Assembly (NCBI RefSeq): GCF_009914755.1
Contig: NC_060935.1
Source: the human T2T-CHM13v2.0 reference genome, Homo sapiens
Direction: 5' to 3' (one strand)
DNA: 64,000 nt
The translations under genes and the position numbers were made by a program. The number at the start of each line of letters is the position of its first letter. The first letter of the stretch is position 1. The notes beneath the pieces were generated by a model. The model saw nothing but the letters and a program-made list of their open reading frames with translations. It had not been told where the DNA came from and made no database searches. Shown here piece after piece: positions 10,935 to 30,102 of this stretch.

Positions 10935-12900
10935 AGACTCTGTCCCGTGCATTCCAACTAAAAACCCTGGACAGAATACACAGCACAGCTGTTTGAGGTC
11001 TCTGAAGAGTAAATAATAGCAGGAGGTTCAGGATGCACTTCCAACCTGGAGATATGACTGATACTGGCAAGTTTTCTGTTTTTTTCTGTTGTTGTTGTTG
11101 TTGTTTTCTCTGCCCTTTTCCCCTTTCTTTTTCTCCCAGCTTGGACTCCAGGGCATCTTATTCTTGGTCTGCACAACAGATGCAGACAGAAGAATCCTCT
11201 TTTTCTCTGTTTATGGTCAGAGGACTGGAAAGAAGGGCCCCTGTGCGAAGGAGTCTGTGTGGAACATCACTGTTTTCTTTGTGTTTTGTATTCTGGTTTT
11301 TGTTTTACTTTTCTGGTGGGACCCCAAGTAAGCCTTAATCATGAGGCCGTTCCCCTGCAATGGTGGTGGTGGTGGCAATGGCAACTATGCAGGCATTTAA
11401 AACTCTGAAAGATAATCTTTTTCTTTGACCAGATAAACGGGAAAAACGGGCCCCTGTAGCCCAAAGAATGAGGGGAGAATATCTGTTAGTTTTTGCTTTT
11501 TTCCCCCCTTTCTTGCCACTTCTCCCCAAGGCAGATGCAGTTGCAGAAAGTATATGAGTGTGTGTGGAGGCAAAAACACCAGTTTTGTAGCCAGAGAATT
11601 AAGATAAGGGGTCTAGGAGACAGATAGTGTTGGGGAAATTATGGAGAGGCAGTAGGTAGAGAAAAAGATGACCTAAATCTGTGCATGAAGACCCAGACAT
11701 CCCTAAGCTGAGCATGTGTGGAACTTTTTCAAGGAGATGAAATAAAAAGTTTGATAACTGAACTACATTGTAGACCACCATCTTTGTCCTAGATTGGCTT
11801 TTAGGTGACACATATGAGGATAGAGTAAATATCACTAAAAAGACTTGGGAAACTGAATTGACTTTGAAGTCACAGCCCACCAGGTAGGTTGGGACTTGTG
11901 GTTTGAAGCTAACAGGGTTGATTGTCAACAACAACAAAAATATTAAAAACGAAAACAAAAACAAATCCATTCTCCAGAGGACCAAAAGCCTTTAGCATGA
12001 CCAAGAGTGTCAAAATGCAATATTCAAAGTCTCCCTCCCCTTTCTGGGATACACTCCAACATTATTGGACATAACCACGACTCAGGGAAATCATCAACTG
12101 TTGTAGGAAAAACAGCAGCTAACAAATGCCATTCCTAAGATGACCTGGATGCTGGAATTATGACAAAGTTCTTAGAGCAGCTATTATAACTCTGTCCTGT
12201 TGAAGTCAGAGCAAACACTTTTGAAGTGAACAGAAAGAATGAAGTTCTCAGCAAGGAAAGTAGAAAAAGAACCAACAGAAACTTTTAGGATAGGAAGTAG
12301 CAATAATCCAAATATATTAAAATACTAAAATACCTAAAAATGTTCTAGATGAGTTCAACAGCAGAATGGAGGGGACAGAAAAAAGATTAAGTGAAATTGA
12401 AGAAAGGGCAATAGAAATTATAATATCTGAACAATAAAGATAAAAGACAATAAAATGAGCACAGTGTAGAGATCTATGGGATGATAGAAAAGGTATAACA
12501 ATTACGTCATAAGAGACCCAGAGGAGAGGACAAAGAGGTTGGTACAGAAAAAATACTGAAGAAATAATAGCTGAAAACGTTCATCTTTGGTGAAAGACAC
12601 ATTTACAGATTCATAATATTCAGTAAATTCCAAAAATGCCAAATATCGTGTGATTCAGTTTATATGACATTCTGCAAAAGCAAAAACTGTAGACATGGAG
12701 ACCCAGATCAGTGTTTGTCAGAGATTGGAAGCACAGGGAAGGGTTGATTACAAAGACAGAATGAGGGAATTTTCTGAGTGATGAAACTGTTCGGCATAGT
12801 GATACTAATAATGGATACATGACTCCATGTATTTGTTAAAACCTATAAATTATAGGTTAAAACTTATAAAGTAAATTTTATTGTAATTAAAATATTAAAA
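10935..12900 (+). mobile_element. Old L1M fragments (5'UTR/ORF1 remnant, then a 3'UTR piece from ~12640)
   Basis: gaagaaataatagctgaaaac ORF1-like segment; tttatatgacattctgcaaaagcaaaactgtag 3'UTR motif. Confidence 0.7.
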
Positions 12901-13719
12901 AGTAATTCTTAAGATAAAAAAAGTGTTGAGAGCAGTAGTGCTCAGAACACTTTGGTTCTAATGATTTCACCTGGCATATTGAAGATTAAGGTGCACAATT
13001 AAAGAGGCTAGTTCTACAGATTCTTTTATAAGAATTGAATCATTGTAGTTTGTGTTTCTGTATGATGATAAACTATTCAATTTCCTTTTGAATGAGGGTG
13101 GCTTTTTTTTTTTAAAGAGAGAATTGTTTTCATGGAGTGTATTTGAAATGAGAGTAAGCCTTAATATTCTTATTAAAGTGTAAGAAAAAGAACTTGAAAA
13201 GCATTTGCCAAAACTAAAAATATAGAATAATATTTTTATATGTAATATCTACTAGTATTAAAATGAAGTTTCTACTTATTGCCTTTTCATGAAAACTTGT
13301 TTAGTGTGTTTGCATTTCAAATGAAATGTACGTTTTTTAGTTTTTATTAATATTATGTGTGAACAGTGTATATTGTGTGACCTACATGCTATTTTAAACA
13401 GATTCTGCACTCAAATTAAGATAAGAAAAAGGAACAAAAGCTCTCTTTTGATTGTGTTTAAGTTATGGTTTCTTGTCCATTGCCCAGACTTGTAATACTG
13501 GATCTTCTTCATCTATTACAGGTTGTTGAATATAATCTGTAATAATTGTATATACCTAGTTAGGATAAAATGATTTAAATGGTAGCACCTTGACTAAGGT
13601 GCTGTGAGTGGTAGATGATGAGAAATATGTGTTTGTGAGCAGAAATTTGAATCTCCTTGCATCACTAACATCTAAGTATATGGCAAATGCAATTTCTGTT
13701 TGCTTTTCTTCTTTCACAG

Positions 13720-13774
13720 TGTTTGATTATTAAAACAATTGACCTTAATGTTAATATTATGGAGATGTCTGAAG
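13720..13774 (+). other. Candidate 55-nt exon (one open frame: CLIIKTIDLNVNIMEMSE)
   Basis: Branch-like CACTAAC at 13663-13669; tttgcttttcttctttcacag acceptor; GAAG|gtactt donor (moderate). Confidence 0.45.
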
Positions 13775-14263
13775 GTACTTTCATTTACTACTTTTTATTT
13801 TACTTCATGGAAGATCAGATTTCCTTTATGAAATATTTTTTTCTCTAGAAAATTTTTGTGTTTTTTAACTGTTTTCTAGACACAGGTGAATGTAATAATA
13901 AATGAGCTATGGTTTCTGCTTTCATAGATCTCACTTTTAAAATTGTTTCATTTGTGTTTTTAAATTTTTCTCTTGAATATTTACTGCTAAATATTTTAAA
14001 TGTGATTTTCTTTGTGTAATGGCCTACTTTTATATAGAATATAACTAGAATTATATTTATCTTAGGATCTTAGTATGGTATTAGATAGAATTTTTAATCA
14101 TATGCATATAATCTGTTAGGATTTGATTACTTTTAATTCCAGGAGAACATGTTTCCAAGAGTTGAGGTTAATGGAGGGCAATGAGAGAAAGCTATTGATT
14201 GAAGCTGAAAGCTCTACTGTATCTGAATTGTAGCTGTCTAAATTACTGATTTTTTAAAATTAA

Positions 14264-14587
<324 letters not shown>

Positions 14588-14631
14588 ATCACTAAAATTT
14601 TTTTGTTATTTGTTTTCTCTATACTCAATAG

Positions 14632-14642
14632 TAAAGTTAAAG
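14632..14642 (+). other. Candidate 11-nt micro-exon TAAAGTTAAAG
   Basis: ttttgttatttgttttctctatactcaatag acceptor; AAG|gtaagt consensus donor. Confidence 0.55.
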
Positions 14643-14804
14643 GTAAGTTAAATTTAGCTTTTAATGTTTTAATTCCTAAAACACTATTTTCAAAAAGGAC
14701 ATTGCGGTTAAATTGTCTGATAAAAGTAAGGTGGATTTCTTAGGATAATTGAAATGTATGCATTGACACTAAAACTTGTGAATGGGCTTACTTTCTATAT
14801 GCTA

Positions 14805-15185
<381 letters not shown>

Positions 15186-16089
15186 CTACTTAGAAAAATT
15201 TTGCAATATATTTTTCAAGTATTTTAGAATGTTTTAACTTCATAAAGTACTTAGTGTCATAGTTGTTTTGTTTGTTCTTTTAGAATATTATATGTGAAAT
15301 TAAAACCTTGTCTCTGATTTGTTTTGTGAATTATCTGTGATCCAAAGAAGTCATCAAAAAATTAAAGAATGGGTATATGAATATCACATATTTATTGCAC
15401 AAGAACTGTTTGATTTTCGATAGCCTTTCTATTTAATATTACCTGAATAATTGGATTAATTATTTTATTTAACAGTTTTCAGCCTTCAGTAGTAATAGAG
15501 TATGACTTTTAATGTTGGTCTGGGAAAAATGCATCATGAGGAATTAATCTGTAATTTAGACTAAGAAAATGGCCTTTGGGTAAAAAATTCATAGAATGAA
15601 GGGTCTGACGATTACTTTAGGTCTTTAAAAACAAAGACAATACATAGTGAATTTTAGAACTGCTTAGCTCATATAGTAAATGAAGGAGTTTCTAGTGGCA
15701 AATATGTTTGAGAAACTATAGATATGACAAATTGTGTGGACTTTATGTGTATTTCATAGTGTGTGTAAGATGCCCCCCTCTTTTTTTCCCTTAAATAGTA
15801 TTGTGTTATATAAGAGACTCTAAATATAATGAAATCACTGTCTTTATTCTGTATAGATTACTTTTTGTATTGAATGCCTGTAGCTTCTAGCACAATGCCT
15901 GGAATGTTGATGTTGTTACATACTCTTATAAGTTAACAATGATTTATAAGAATTTAATGTACCCAAGATGGAAGTATTAACACACGTTGGTTTACCTTTG
16001 TGAAAACCCAGTATGGCAAACATCCTGTTTGCTAAATAAAAACTTAGGGTGCCACTTTGTATATTATAAAATGATTTTTCAGTTAAAAT

Positions 16090-17530
<1,441 letters not shown>

Positions 17531-19548
17531 TTACTTCACAAAAGGATTTTTAACTTATATAGTGTTTTATTATTTAAGAGTTACTCATACCCCATGAATT
17601 AAAGTTTTCATCTGATATAATTTTGGTTGTATAGGATATAGGAGTGGATGATTTTAAAAGATTTGTCCACTATGAAGTTAGTAGTGTGGGATTTAGTTTT
17701 CCCCTTGAGAAATCTGTTACTTACAATAAAGTTCATCTTTTTTTGTTAATAAAGTTTATCTTTAAAGCTGATTAAAATTTTTCTCACAGGAGATTTGAAT
17801 AATTCACATTGTAATACTCATTTAACCTCGTATATATTTATTAAAATTATCTCCACTTAATAGTAGGAAAATATAAAGATTTATAAAATTATGATTTTGT
17901 TTGTGAAACATTTTGAAACTCAGTAATTAGAGTCACCTGATTTATGGCCTAATTTTTTTACTCTGTGATATCCCACATTTTGATTTAAAATTGGTGGAGG
18001 AATGAGCAGAAAGTGATTTTGTAAAACAAGAGAGGGGAAATATTAAGGATAATAAGGATAATAAAACAATGTTTATAGGGGATACACTAGAAAATATAAT
18101 TATTGTGTAGTTAATACTATGGGTACTTTGATTTTATGATTTATAATCAGGTGGGTCTTATCTAACATAATAGTTTGACCAAATGCTTATGATTAGCTAA
18201 GAATATTTTACTTTATCCTACTGGGTTCTCAAACTTATTTTGACTTTGAGATTTTAAATGTTTAGTGCTTGCTTTGTGTCTCATGGGGAGCTATGTCAAG
18301 CCAAGTTAAGAATTCATTAATAAAACTCTTACAATTTATTTCCCACAGAGGGTTAGCTTGAACTTATGTGCCAGAGGTTACATAGCGGTGCTTCACAGAA
18401 AGTCTCCAAGGTAAAGAGCAATAAGTTAGAGGGGCCAGCAGGGAAAGTATGTGTACTAAGTTGACCATGTGGAATACCTGAGGCCAGATTCTGATTAATG
18501 TGTTCATGTGAGATGAAAACAGGGAATGGAGAAATAGTTACTATTTGTCATAAAGTATTGTGGTTGAGTTGGAACACTAACTGCCAAATCTAATAGATCC
18601 TATTGAACTCGATATAACCCTCCCATGGGCTTTGGGGATCTTGCAGATCTTGACCTTAACTGTCATGGATCCTCAAACCACACTCTCTTTGTGCCCTAAC
18701 AAAATGTAGTTTGTTGTAATGATTGTATGGTAAGATGAGCTGAAACATGCTGTGCGTGTATGTGTCTGTATGCACTTGTGTGTGAACGTAGTTGCCATTA
18801 AATTTACTTAATGCGTATAGTACTTTGACTATTGATAATCTTTTGATGGTATTTTATAACTTCAAATCTTAAAGATTGGAACATTTTTCAACCAAATTGT
18901 AAAATTGCAAAGAAAACATCTAGCCACCATCCAATTACAACAACTTCTTGTTGTTTGTGGGAAAATAAGCAAAATCAGATTCTTTTACCGTTCATTCATC
19001 TAGTACAGAATATTACTTATGCCTGGCTAGGGGCTGTTTATTTGCCAGTCTTTCAAAATTAAATCTTCTTAGACTATATTATACTTAGAGACCCAGTTAA
19101 TGTTGTCTTTATCTGTCTTTGTTTAGAAATAGTGTTTTGTGTTTATGCTACAGGATATTTTGCTAAAGATTATTTATTCAGAATTCCCACTTACAAGTTC
19201 AGTGTTGAACAATGAGAGAGAGAGCTCCCTTACAGAACCCCCTTTGTTGTGATGGTGAAGTTCAGCAGATCGCTATGTGGTGTTCTTATGCTTGATTCTT
19301 TAGAGTGTTGTAGAGGAAGCCAGTGTAGTTTGTACAGTCATATTTTTGTTCATACGCCACCCCTCAATCTCATACAGAGGGCTTTATGATAAAGTCTTGG
19401 AGTTTCTCTAGGTTAATTGAATTGAGCCAATTTGAATTCAAGTCTGAAAAAAATAAGAAGTTATAGCCTAGCTTTCTGTATTTTGTCTCGTTTTATTCAC
19501 CCTCTTTTTACCCTTATCTTGTCTTTTAATGTTTCCAGTGGGTAGCTA

Positions 19549-19863
<315 letters not shown>

Positions 19864-20151
19864 TTATAGAAGCAATATACACTATTAATACTTGACAAAA
19901 TTTCAAAATATGTAAAAATGTATAAAGTAAAAAACGAGTATCCCTGTTTTTTCACTCTTTTCTATTCTTGCCTTCTGGATTAACCACTGTTAATGGTTTG
20001 ATGTATCCTTGACTGTTTTGTATTCATCTTCACATAAATGCATACATCTATATGAACATTTGGTACATGTGCCAGTTCAACTTATTCTTCATAACTATAA
20101 TTATTCCATAGTATAGTTATACCATAATTTATTTACTCATTCTGTTGTTAA

Positions 20152-20637
<486 letters not shown>

Positions 20638-20782
20638 TAAATTTGTACGGTGATGAGGATGGCAGACAGAATATCTTCTCATGGGTGGCATCCCACTGAT
20701 TACACATTTGTTTGACAAAAATATTTATAGAACTGTGAAGTATACATTCTGAAACTACTATTAAATAGATTTAAAAAAATTA

Positions 20783-21118
20783 GGGTAAGTACAGTGCCTC
20801 ACACCTGTAATCCTAGCACTTTGGGAGACCAAAGAGGGAGGATGCTTGAGCCCAAGAGTTTGAGACTAGCCTGGGCTCAACATAGTGAGATCCCGTCTCC
20901 ACAGAAAAAAAAAAAAAAAAATTGACCGGGCATGTGCCTGTAGTCCCAGCTACTTGGGAGGCTGAGGTGGGAGGATCATTTGAGCCTGGGAAGTTTAGGT
21001 TTCAGTGAGCCTTGATCATGCTTTGCATTCCAACCTGGGTGACAGAGCAAGATCCTGTCTCATAATGAATGAATGAATGAATGAATAAATAAATAAATAA
21101 AATACATAAAATAAAAAA
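20783..21118 (+). mobile_element. AluJ with (AATG)n(AATA)n tail
   Basis: ggaggatgcttgagcccaagagtttgag J-type diagnostics. Confidence 0.92.
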
Positions 21119-22204
21119 TCATTTGGAAAGGCCAAAGACAGAACAGTAGATACAAAATCAGCACTTTTCTTTTTAAATCAGTCATGTAGAAAAAGGAACT
21201 GCTTTATGATACTTTTGAATCTGATTTCTAAGAGAACTCTTACAAAAATCTCATATACTTTATTTAATAATCTTGTGAAATAGGTTCTACTTGTCAAATT
21301 CTTTCTTGCTTCTTTATAGATTTTCCTCCAGACTTCAAAGTTCTTACTACTCCCTGATAAACATAATCAGCATCTCTGTGAAGTACTGTCACTGACTACT
21401 TCCACTTTATTTTTGGTTGCTGTCTGTGAGGATTATTGTAGATAATGCCATGGAAAACAGAAAACCATCTGGTTAAAAGAGAAGTAGTGGTAATGATGGT
21501 GTTCGGTGAGAGAGAGGGAGAGAGAAGGAGAGAGAATTTTAAACAAGAATCAAGCAAACTTTTTCTTAGTTTTTTTCTTTTTCAATGGTGTTTTAATAAT
21601 TGGAAAATTTGAAACTTCTAAAATACTTAGAAGTCTTGAAATTTCTAAGATATTTTTAAAAAGGTAACTCTCTGTAGGTATTTGTTGGCAATCACTGTGA
21701 GACAAAGTTGCCTTAAAAAAAAAACTTTAAAGTGCTAGGTAAACTATTTGTCATTAATGTTAAGGAAGCTAGCATTAATATGAAGGAGATTCCTGAAGGC
21801 TACCAGTATCACAGAATCAGAGCAGAAGGTCCTTGGAGAGTGACCTGAAAGAGAAAGACAGCAGCAGATATTTGATGTCTTCCTGACTTTCTATTGTGGT
21901 CTAGGTTGTGTAACCAATGAGTTTATTATTTTTGCAATAGATATTTCTCGATCTTACTATTTTTTTGTCTTCATGTATACTTAAATTGTATATTCACAGA
22001 CAATATACTATTTTAAAATTTTCTTTGCTGGTTACCAGTTTTTGGATAATATGTATTTGCATATCAACATAACCACTACTTTTATTTTACTTGGTTCATT
22101 AACTACAGTTGTTTTATTCTTCATTATTCCATACTATAGTTTACTAATTTGCAACATAGGTTCTTATGAATCTTCCAAAATCGCTCATTCACATAGCCGT
22201 TGAC

Positions 22205-22798
<594 letters not shown>

Positions 22799-22957
22799 TG
22801 ATCATCATATATGATTTCTAAGCATTTCCTGTTAGAGTCTATTATTCGGAATTGTTTGCAACAGTGTTGACAATTGATATGTGTTGTGTAGTTTCTTTTT
22901 GACTGCCTTGTTTTTAGGTTTGGGGATCAGTGTTATATACTCACTTTAAAGACATAA

Positions 22958-23426
<469 letters not shown>

Positions 23427-23920
23427 TTCTATTTCTTTTATAATTGATTTATGTAGATGTCTGTCTTTCTTAAGGCCATTTCTGGTACCAATTTCAGTAT
23501 TTTTTAGGTTAAATTTTAAAGACAAATTTATATTCAGAAGATTGTTTCTTTTTTTTGCTGTAAGTCAATGGGAATAAAATGAATTACGTATTTATGTATG
23601 TTATATAAAGGCAAACATCAGAAGTTTATCAGTTCTTTAAAGAGAAGTAAACTTGTTTTACCCATGTTTGTGTTTTAACTTGTTTTTGAAGGCAATTAGG
23701 TAAATATGAGTGAATGTAAGAGTTTTCAAAAAACCGCCTATGTTCTTTTGAAATGTGTGTGCTACTTGAAGATATCAGCTATTATTTTATTTATAAATAA
23801 GAGAAATAAGCTTTATTCCATGTAATTTGATAAAACAATTTGAATTTTTGTTTCTAGATCTATTACTGTTTATAAAGGCTGGTACAAATTCATTTTTAAT
23901 AAAACCAGTTTACATATTTA

Positions 23921-24322
<402 letters not shown>

Positions 24323-26451
24323 TTAAGACTGAGTGATACACAGCAGTGGAGTGGAGACAACAAGGTACCTGCTCTTGAGGAGCTTGTGTCTAGCAGATTC
24401 TAAGTGGGGGTGTAGTGGTGGTGAGATCTGATTCAAGAAATATTTAGGAGATACTTGAAAATTATAAGACAAATTTATCAAATCACTTAATCTAGAGTTT
24501 TCATATAGATTAAGATACAGATTGTTATTTAGTTTAGCCTCTGCTAATTTTTATCCATTTTCCTTGTAATCTGCAAAATTTTCAGGTTCTTCTGTTTTAT
24601 TTTCCCATTTATTTTTCCCAAGAGCTAAATATTGATGAGACTCCAGATATGAAATTACTTTAATTTGGTAGTGAGAATTGAAAATCACTGTTTTTGGTGG
24701 GGGGATAACTGTTAATTTCTTCTAAGTACCCAGGGAATAATTGTTAAGCTTTTGATTTTGTGGCTTATGTAATTAAGAATATCTGACTTCTCTTTTCAAT
24801 GTGTAATCAGAAATAAAGAATTAAGAACTCAGTTAGGTTTTTTAAATTTTTTCTTTAGTTGGTTCAGATTTAAGTCTTGAATTGTTCACTTAAAGACCAT
24901 ATATATTCTTATATATTATATTATATATTATATAAACATATATATTTGTATGTATATATGAAGTCATACATTATACTTGTTTTGAATTTTTTAATAGGCC
25001 TAGGATCATGCTAGGATACAGTAGATACACAATACATTTATTTAATTTGTGTGCATTGAAGTATTGCTGTGGACTGTGATAAAGAATTTTTGTGGTAAGC
25101 CATAGGCTTGTTATCTTTGCTTTTTTCACTTACTAGCAGAGAAGATTAATGTAGTAATGTTCATGACATTCATGTTTATTCTTTAAAATCTTCATAAAAT
25201 GTTTTGAATCAGTTAAACACATTTAAAAGAGTTTGTTCCTGTGTGAATTTTAAGCCTTTTAATGGATTTTACTTCCATTTCATTTAATGAAAAAGAAACT
25301 GTGGCTCCACACAAAAGACAACATATTTTCTGCACAAGTTAAAAAAAAATTGGTAAATGTAGATCTTTGTTGACTGAAGTGCTGGGAAAGCTGCTGTTTC
25401 TTGCACGTATTCTTAAAATCAACAAAATACCTCCACAAGACAACTGGCAGCTGTGGTTGAACTTAAAAAGCACTCTTACTTATGCTAAAGTTTGCAGTAT
25501 TTTAGTCCAGCTAACTGTATACTATTCTGCAAATGAAAAAATCTCAAATCGTTTAGTGGGCAAAGACTTTTGAAATTCTCTTGTACTATCCTGTGTCAGA
25601 TCTTTACTACTATTTACTTGTACAGTATAGTTTATTCTACATTTTATAGTTCCACCTTCTTAAAGAATAATAATACCTGTGTATGTGTGTGTGTGTTGTG
25701 TATTTGTATGTATGTGTATATACAGTGGAAAACTTGGTTATCATAAAATATACAAATTAAAGCACCCATAAAAACTCTGGTTAAAATTTTTGCCTTCTTG
25801 TTCCTAATTTATTATATTGAACAAGATTCCTGTTGCTCTTCATATTCTCTGTTCATCTTCCATAATTCTCTTTGAAGTCAGTAGTTGCTGTAAGTATGGA
25901 AATAGAGAAGGGAAAACCTAACTAAATCCAGTGTACTTAGAGCTCTCGTGAAAGTCAATGTTGTGGCATTTTTTTAAAGGAAATTATAGGTATCTTGCTA
26001 ATTTCTTGATACTGTGTCATGAGGTTATCTTTTACATAAACTCATAAATGGATGAATTATATTTTCTTACTAAAATGATGCATATATGTTACTTAATGAA
26101 TGCTTGTTTCTAACTTTTTAAATTTTAAAACCATATCAGCATTATACATTTTACTTTTTAGAAACAAAGCATGCCTTTTATTTAAAGTGTGAAACATACA
26201 TTAAAAATTTAGTCTTCTTTATGTGTTATCTGAAGGAAGCTTATTAAAATCTGAATTATGTTTGTTTTACCAAGAAACATGAGTATTCTTTGCAAGACAT
26301 CGAATGCAAATCCAACCATCCAAATTTAGGTAATTTATTTACTGTCAAATGTCTTTCTTTCCTTCTCCCCTGTCTTCTTTTTCTTTTTTTAAAATATGAT
26401 TCTGACAAGAATGATGAATTTTAATTTGTATAATTGAAAAAGTCATTTTCT

Positions 26452-26846
<395 letters not shown>

Positions 26847-27035
26847 GAAAAAGTCATTTTCTTACTTCACACGAGTAAAAATTGTTTTTGCATGCCTGTT
26901 ATTTTCATCCTACAGTTGCTTAGGGTGTGCCTGTCAATGTTGATGTTCGATGTTATTAATAATGAGTAAAATTTGAAGACATTTAAAGAAAAGCATTTGG
27001 GTAATAGTTTATGGTGGTTTTTTAAAAACAGTATG

Positions 27036-27603
27036 TAGTATCTGTTCGAGACTATTTTATGGCAGTTATAAACTTGTATGGAATGATACCATTAACTTAG
27101 TTTGACACAGATGCTGAGGAAATACTATTAAAAAGTGATCAAGTTCCAAAATTTTACATAGTATCTGTGCGAGACTATTTTATGGCAGTTATAAACTTGT
27201 ATGGAATGATACCATTTTGTTTGCTGGAATTATTACCCAAGAAAACAAACCAGTTTTTAAAATGTTCCTTTATAATTTGAGTGAGAGAGTAAAATTATGT
27301 TGGAACAATATTTGTGACAGATTTTGGGGGAAATATTTTAGGATTTTGTGCTAAAAAGTGAATTGTAACACTCATCATCCTTTGCAATGGTGAAATGTCT
27401 GCAAATTCTGAACTTAAATATTTGATTAAATATTGCAGGTATATTCATATTTTAATTTGATATGCTTAAAATAAAAATGAAGATTATTAAGGTTACAGTA
27501 TCATTTAACACATTTTAAAAAAAATTTCTAAGAAATTAACTTAGTTTGGCACAGATGCTGAGGAAATACTATTAAAAAGTGATCAAGTTCCAAAAATTTA
27601 CAT
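27036..27603 (+). repeat. Interleaved local duplication A-B-A'...B'
   Basis: A 27036-27093 = A' 27159-27216 (57/58); B 27091-27159 = B' 27535-27603 (67/69). Confidence 0.95.
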
Positions 27604-28260
27604 GTTTATTTTAGGATATGCAAATCTTTTGGTCCTAAAAATTGTTGTCATTTTTCTACATCAGGCTTAGATGCCTGGCAGTAGACTGTTTTCTTTTTCT
27701 CTTGTTTATAGTGGGGAATATTATTTTTAGGGAATTTGATGGGGGGAACCTGAAATTGAGGCTTAGTTTTACAGGAAGATCTTTTTGGAGTTGTCAGGAA
27801 GTAGACTTCAAATATACTTATGTACATTCTAGCCACTTATTCAGAATTTCCTGACTTTCTGATAAGATAGAGACCAGAGCCAGTGAAATTTTCAATGAAA
27901 ACATGAACTTTCAAGACTTTAACGCATAATCTTCCAAGTGGGATAATCCACTGTGTATGTTTAGTGGCTTGTAAAAGTATTTAGAATTTTTTAAAAAGTT
28001 ACTATCCAAAATTGAATTTAAATTACTTTAAGAATGGATACGTATTTTGGATCTCTTAACCTTTGCTGATGTTAAATATTGGTGTTTATAAACTAGCAAT
28101 TTAGAGCATTGGTGAGATACTGATGAAACATAGTTACATTTCTCCTAATGAAAAAAAATTAGCAAAACTTATAGTACCAAAATAAAGGAAATTCAGATGT
28201 AGGCTATTTTTGTCTTTAGACAAACAGCATTAAAATTTTTACTTTTTTTCTTTAGAAAAA

Positions 28261-28371
28261 AATACAAGATGTCTGTACTAGGTTTCCAATTCAGAGTATA
28301 ACAAATATTTTCTAAGGCTAAGATGCTCCTTTCTGTAAATTTCCATGGCATTTTGTACATAATTCTATTAT
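28261..28371 (-). repeat. Left arm of a 111-bp inverted repeat
   Basis: Reverse complement matches 30103-30213 at 109/111. Confidence 0.95.
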
Positions 28372-29079
28372 GTTTAGAAGTTTCCTGATATAAACAGAAG
28401 GTGCAATAGCTGGACGAGTACATATTCTTTTAATTTAATGCAAGAAATTCTAATTCGGCATAAAGGGTAAAACGTATCAGACTCTCATACAGAGTTATGA
28501 AGTAGTATAAATGGAAAAACACTAAATTCCTTTGTGTTGTCCCATAAAACAGGAAGCATCTTAAGCTATTGGATGCCTAAATATTTGTATATCAGAATCT
28601 AGAAAGGAGATGGTAACCTGTAATTTGACATTAGATACAGAATTGTGTCTGAAGTTACTAAGTGCAATTTGCTAAATTTCTTCTATTGATAGATTTCTTT
28701 ATGATGGGACTTTCCAATTCTGTTAAAATTGGTAGTTTTTTTATTATTGTCATGGTTTACTTATGGCCAGTGTGGTTTTATGTGTAGCTTAGCAAAAAAA
28801 AAAATGTCACTTGAGGCTATGCGTTGGCATGAGTCTAAGTTTAAATCCTAATTTCATATTTAATTATTTGATGTATGTTTTGCAAATTCACTTATTAGGG
28901 ATATCATATAAATGCAATGCTACTTAGAATGAAAAAGTTACTAAAAAGTTTTTTTTATTTGTATGTTATCAGAGAAGAAAATGTATATTTTATTTATTGG
29001 GAAAACAGTTAAATTAATTCCATCTCAAAATCCATTTAGAAAATATTTATCTATTTTTATTTTTAGTTTTTGGATACTT

Positions 29080-29387
29080 TTTTATTTTTATTTTTTTAGG
29101 TACATAATAGTTGTAAATCTTTATGGGCTACATGTGAGTATTTCTTACACGTAATGATCAAGTCAGAATATTTGGGGTATCCATCACCTTGAGTGTTTAT
29201 CATTTTTATGTGTTGGTGTCATTTCAAGCCCTCTCTTCTTGTTATTTTTAAATATACATAATACTGTTGCTAAATATAGTCACACTAGTCTGTTATCAAA
29301 CATCCTCCCAACCATCCTCCTCAGTTCTATTCTTTATGTACATGAGATTAAAGTTTTTTAGTTCCCATATTTGAGTAAGAATGTATG
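29080..29387 (-). mobile_element. L1MA-like 3' end fragment
   Basis: taatgatcaagtcagaatatttggggtatccatcacc motif. Confidence 0.8.
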
Positions 29388-29631
29388 TCAAAATCCGTTT
29401 TACAATTTATTTTACTACACATTTGTATTAGGATACCTCTTTCAGATCTGTTGTTTTTGGATGGAGGGTTTTGGTATTCCAAGAGCAGGATCCTTGGAAA
29501 CCCTTCAAAACCCTTAGAGTATTCTAGGGAAAAACAAAACAGAACAAAACAAAGTCAGCAACAAAAAAGTTAATAAGGGTACTTCCTGAGCTGAAAATGT
29601 CTGTTGTCTGAGGTTGTTTTTTGTTAGTTGG

Positions 29632-29856
29632 TTTTTCCTTCCCTCTCCTCCCCGCTCTGTTTCTCCCCCACTCCTCCCTTCCCTCCTCCCTCCCCTCTCC
29701 CCTCCCCTCTCCGCTCCCCTCTCTCTCATTCTCCTTGCTTCCTCTTCCTTTCCATCTCCTCTTTCTCTCCTCTCCCTCTCTTCTCTTTTCCCTGTTTCCT
29801 CCTTCCCTCTCTTACTTCCTCCAATTTCTTCCCTCCCTCTCTTTTCTTTTTTTTTT
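29632..29856. repeat. CT-rich low-complexity tract
   Basis: ~225 nt that is almost purely pyrimidine. Confidence 0.92.
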
Positions 29857-30102
29857 GCAATGGATGAGCAAGTGATGATTCAACATGTACCATGTAAAGG
29901 CACTATACCAGGTGTTAGAGACAAGTATAAATAATAGAAACAACAGTTTAAAAAGATGCTTAGAAATGAAGAACGTTTGACTGAGTTCCTAGTTTTATAA
30001 ATTCAGCAAACAAATATTGTCTTCTATGTCTTTTTTTATTTTGCTAGGCACTAGGGATTTTCCTGCTCTCAAGAGGCTTATATTTTAAATCTATGCAGTG
30101 CT

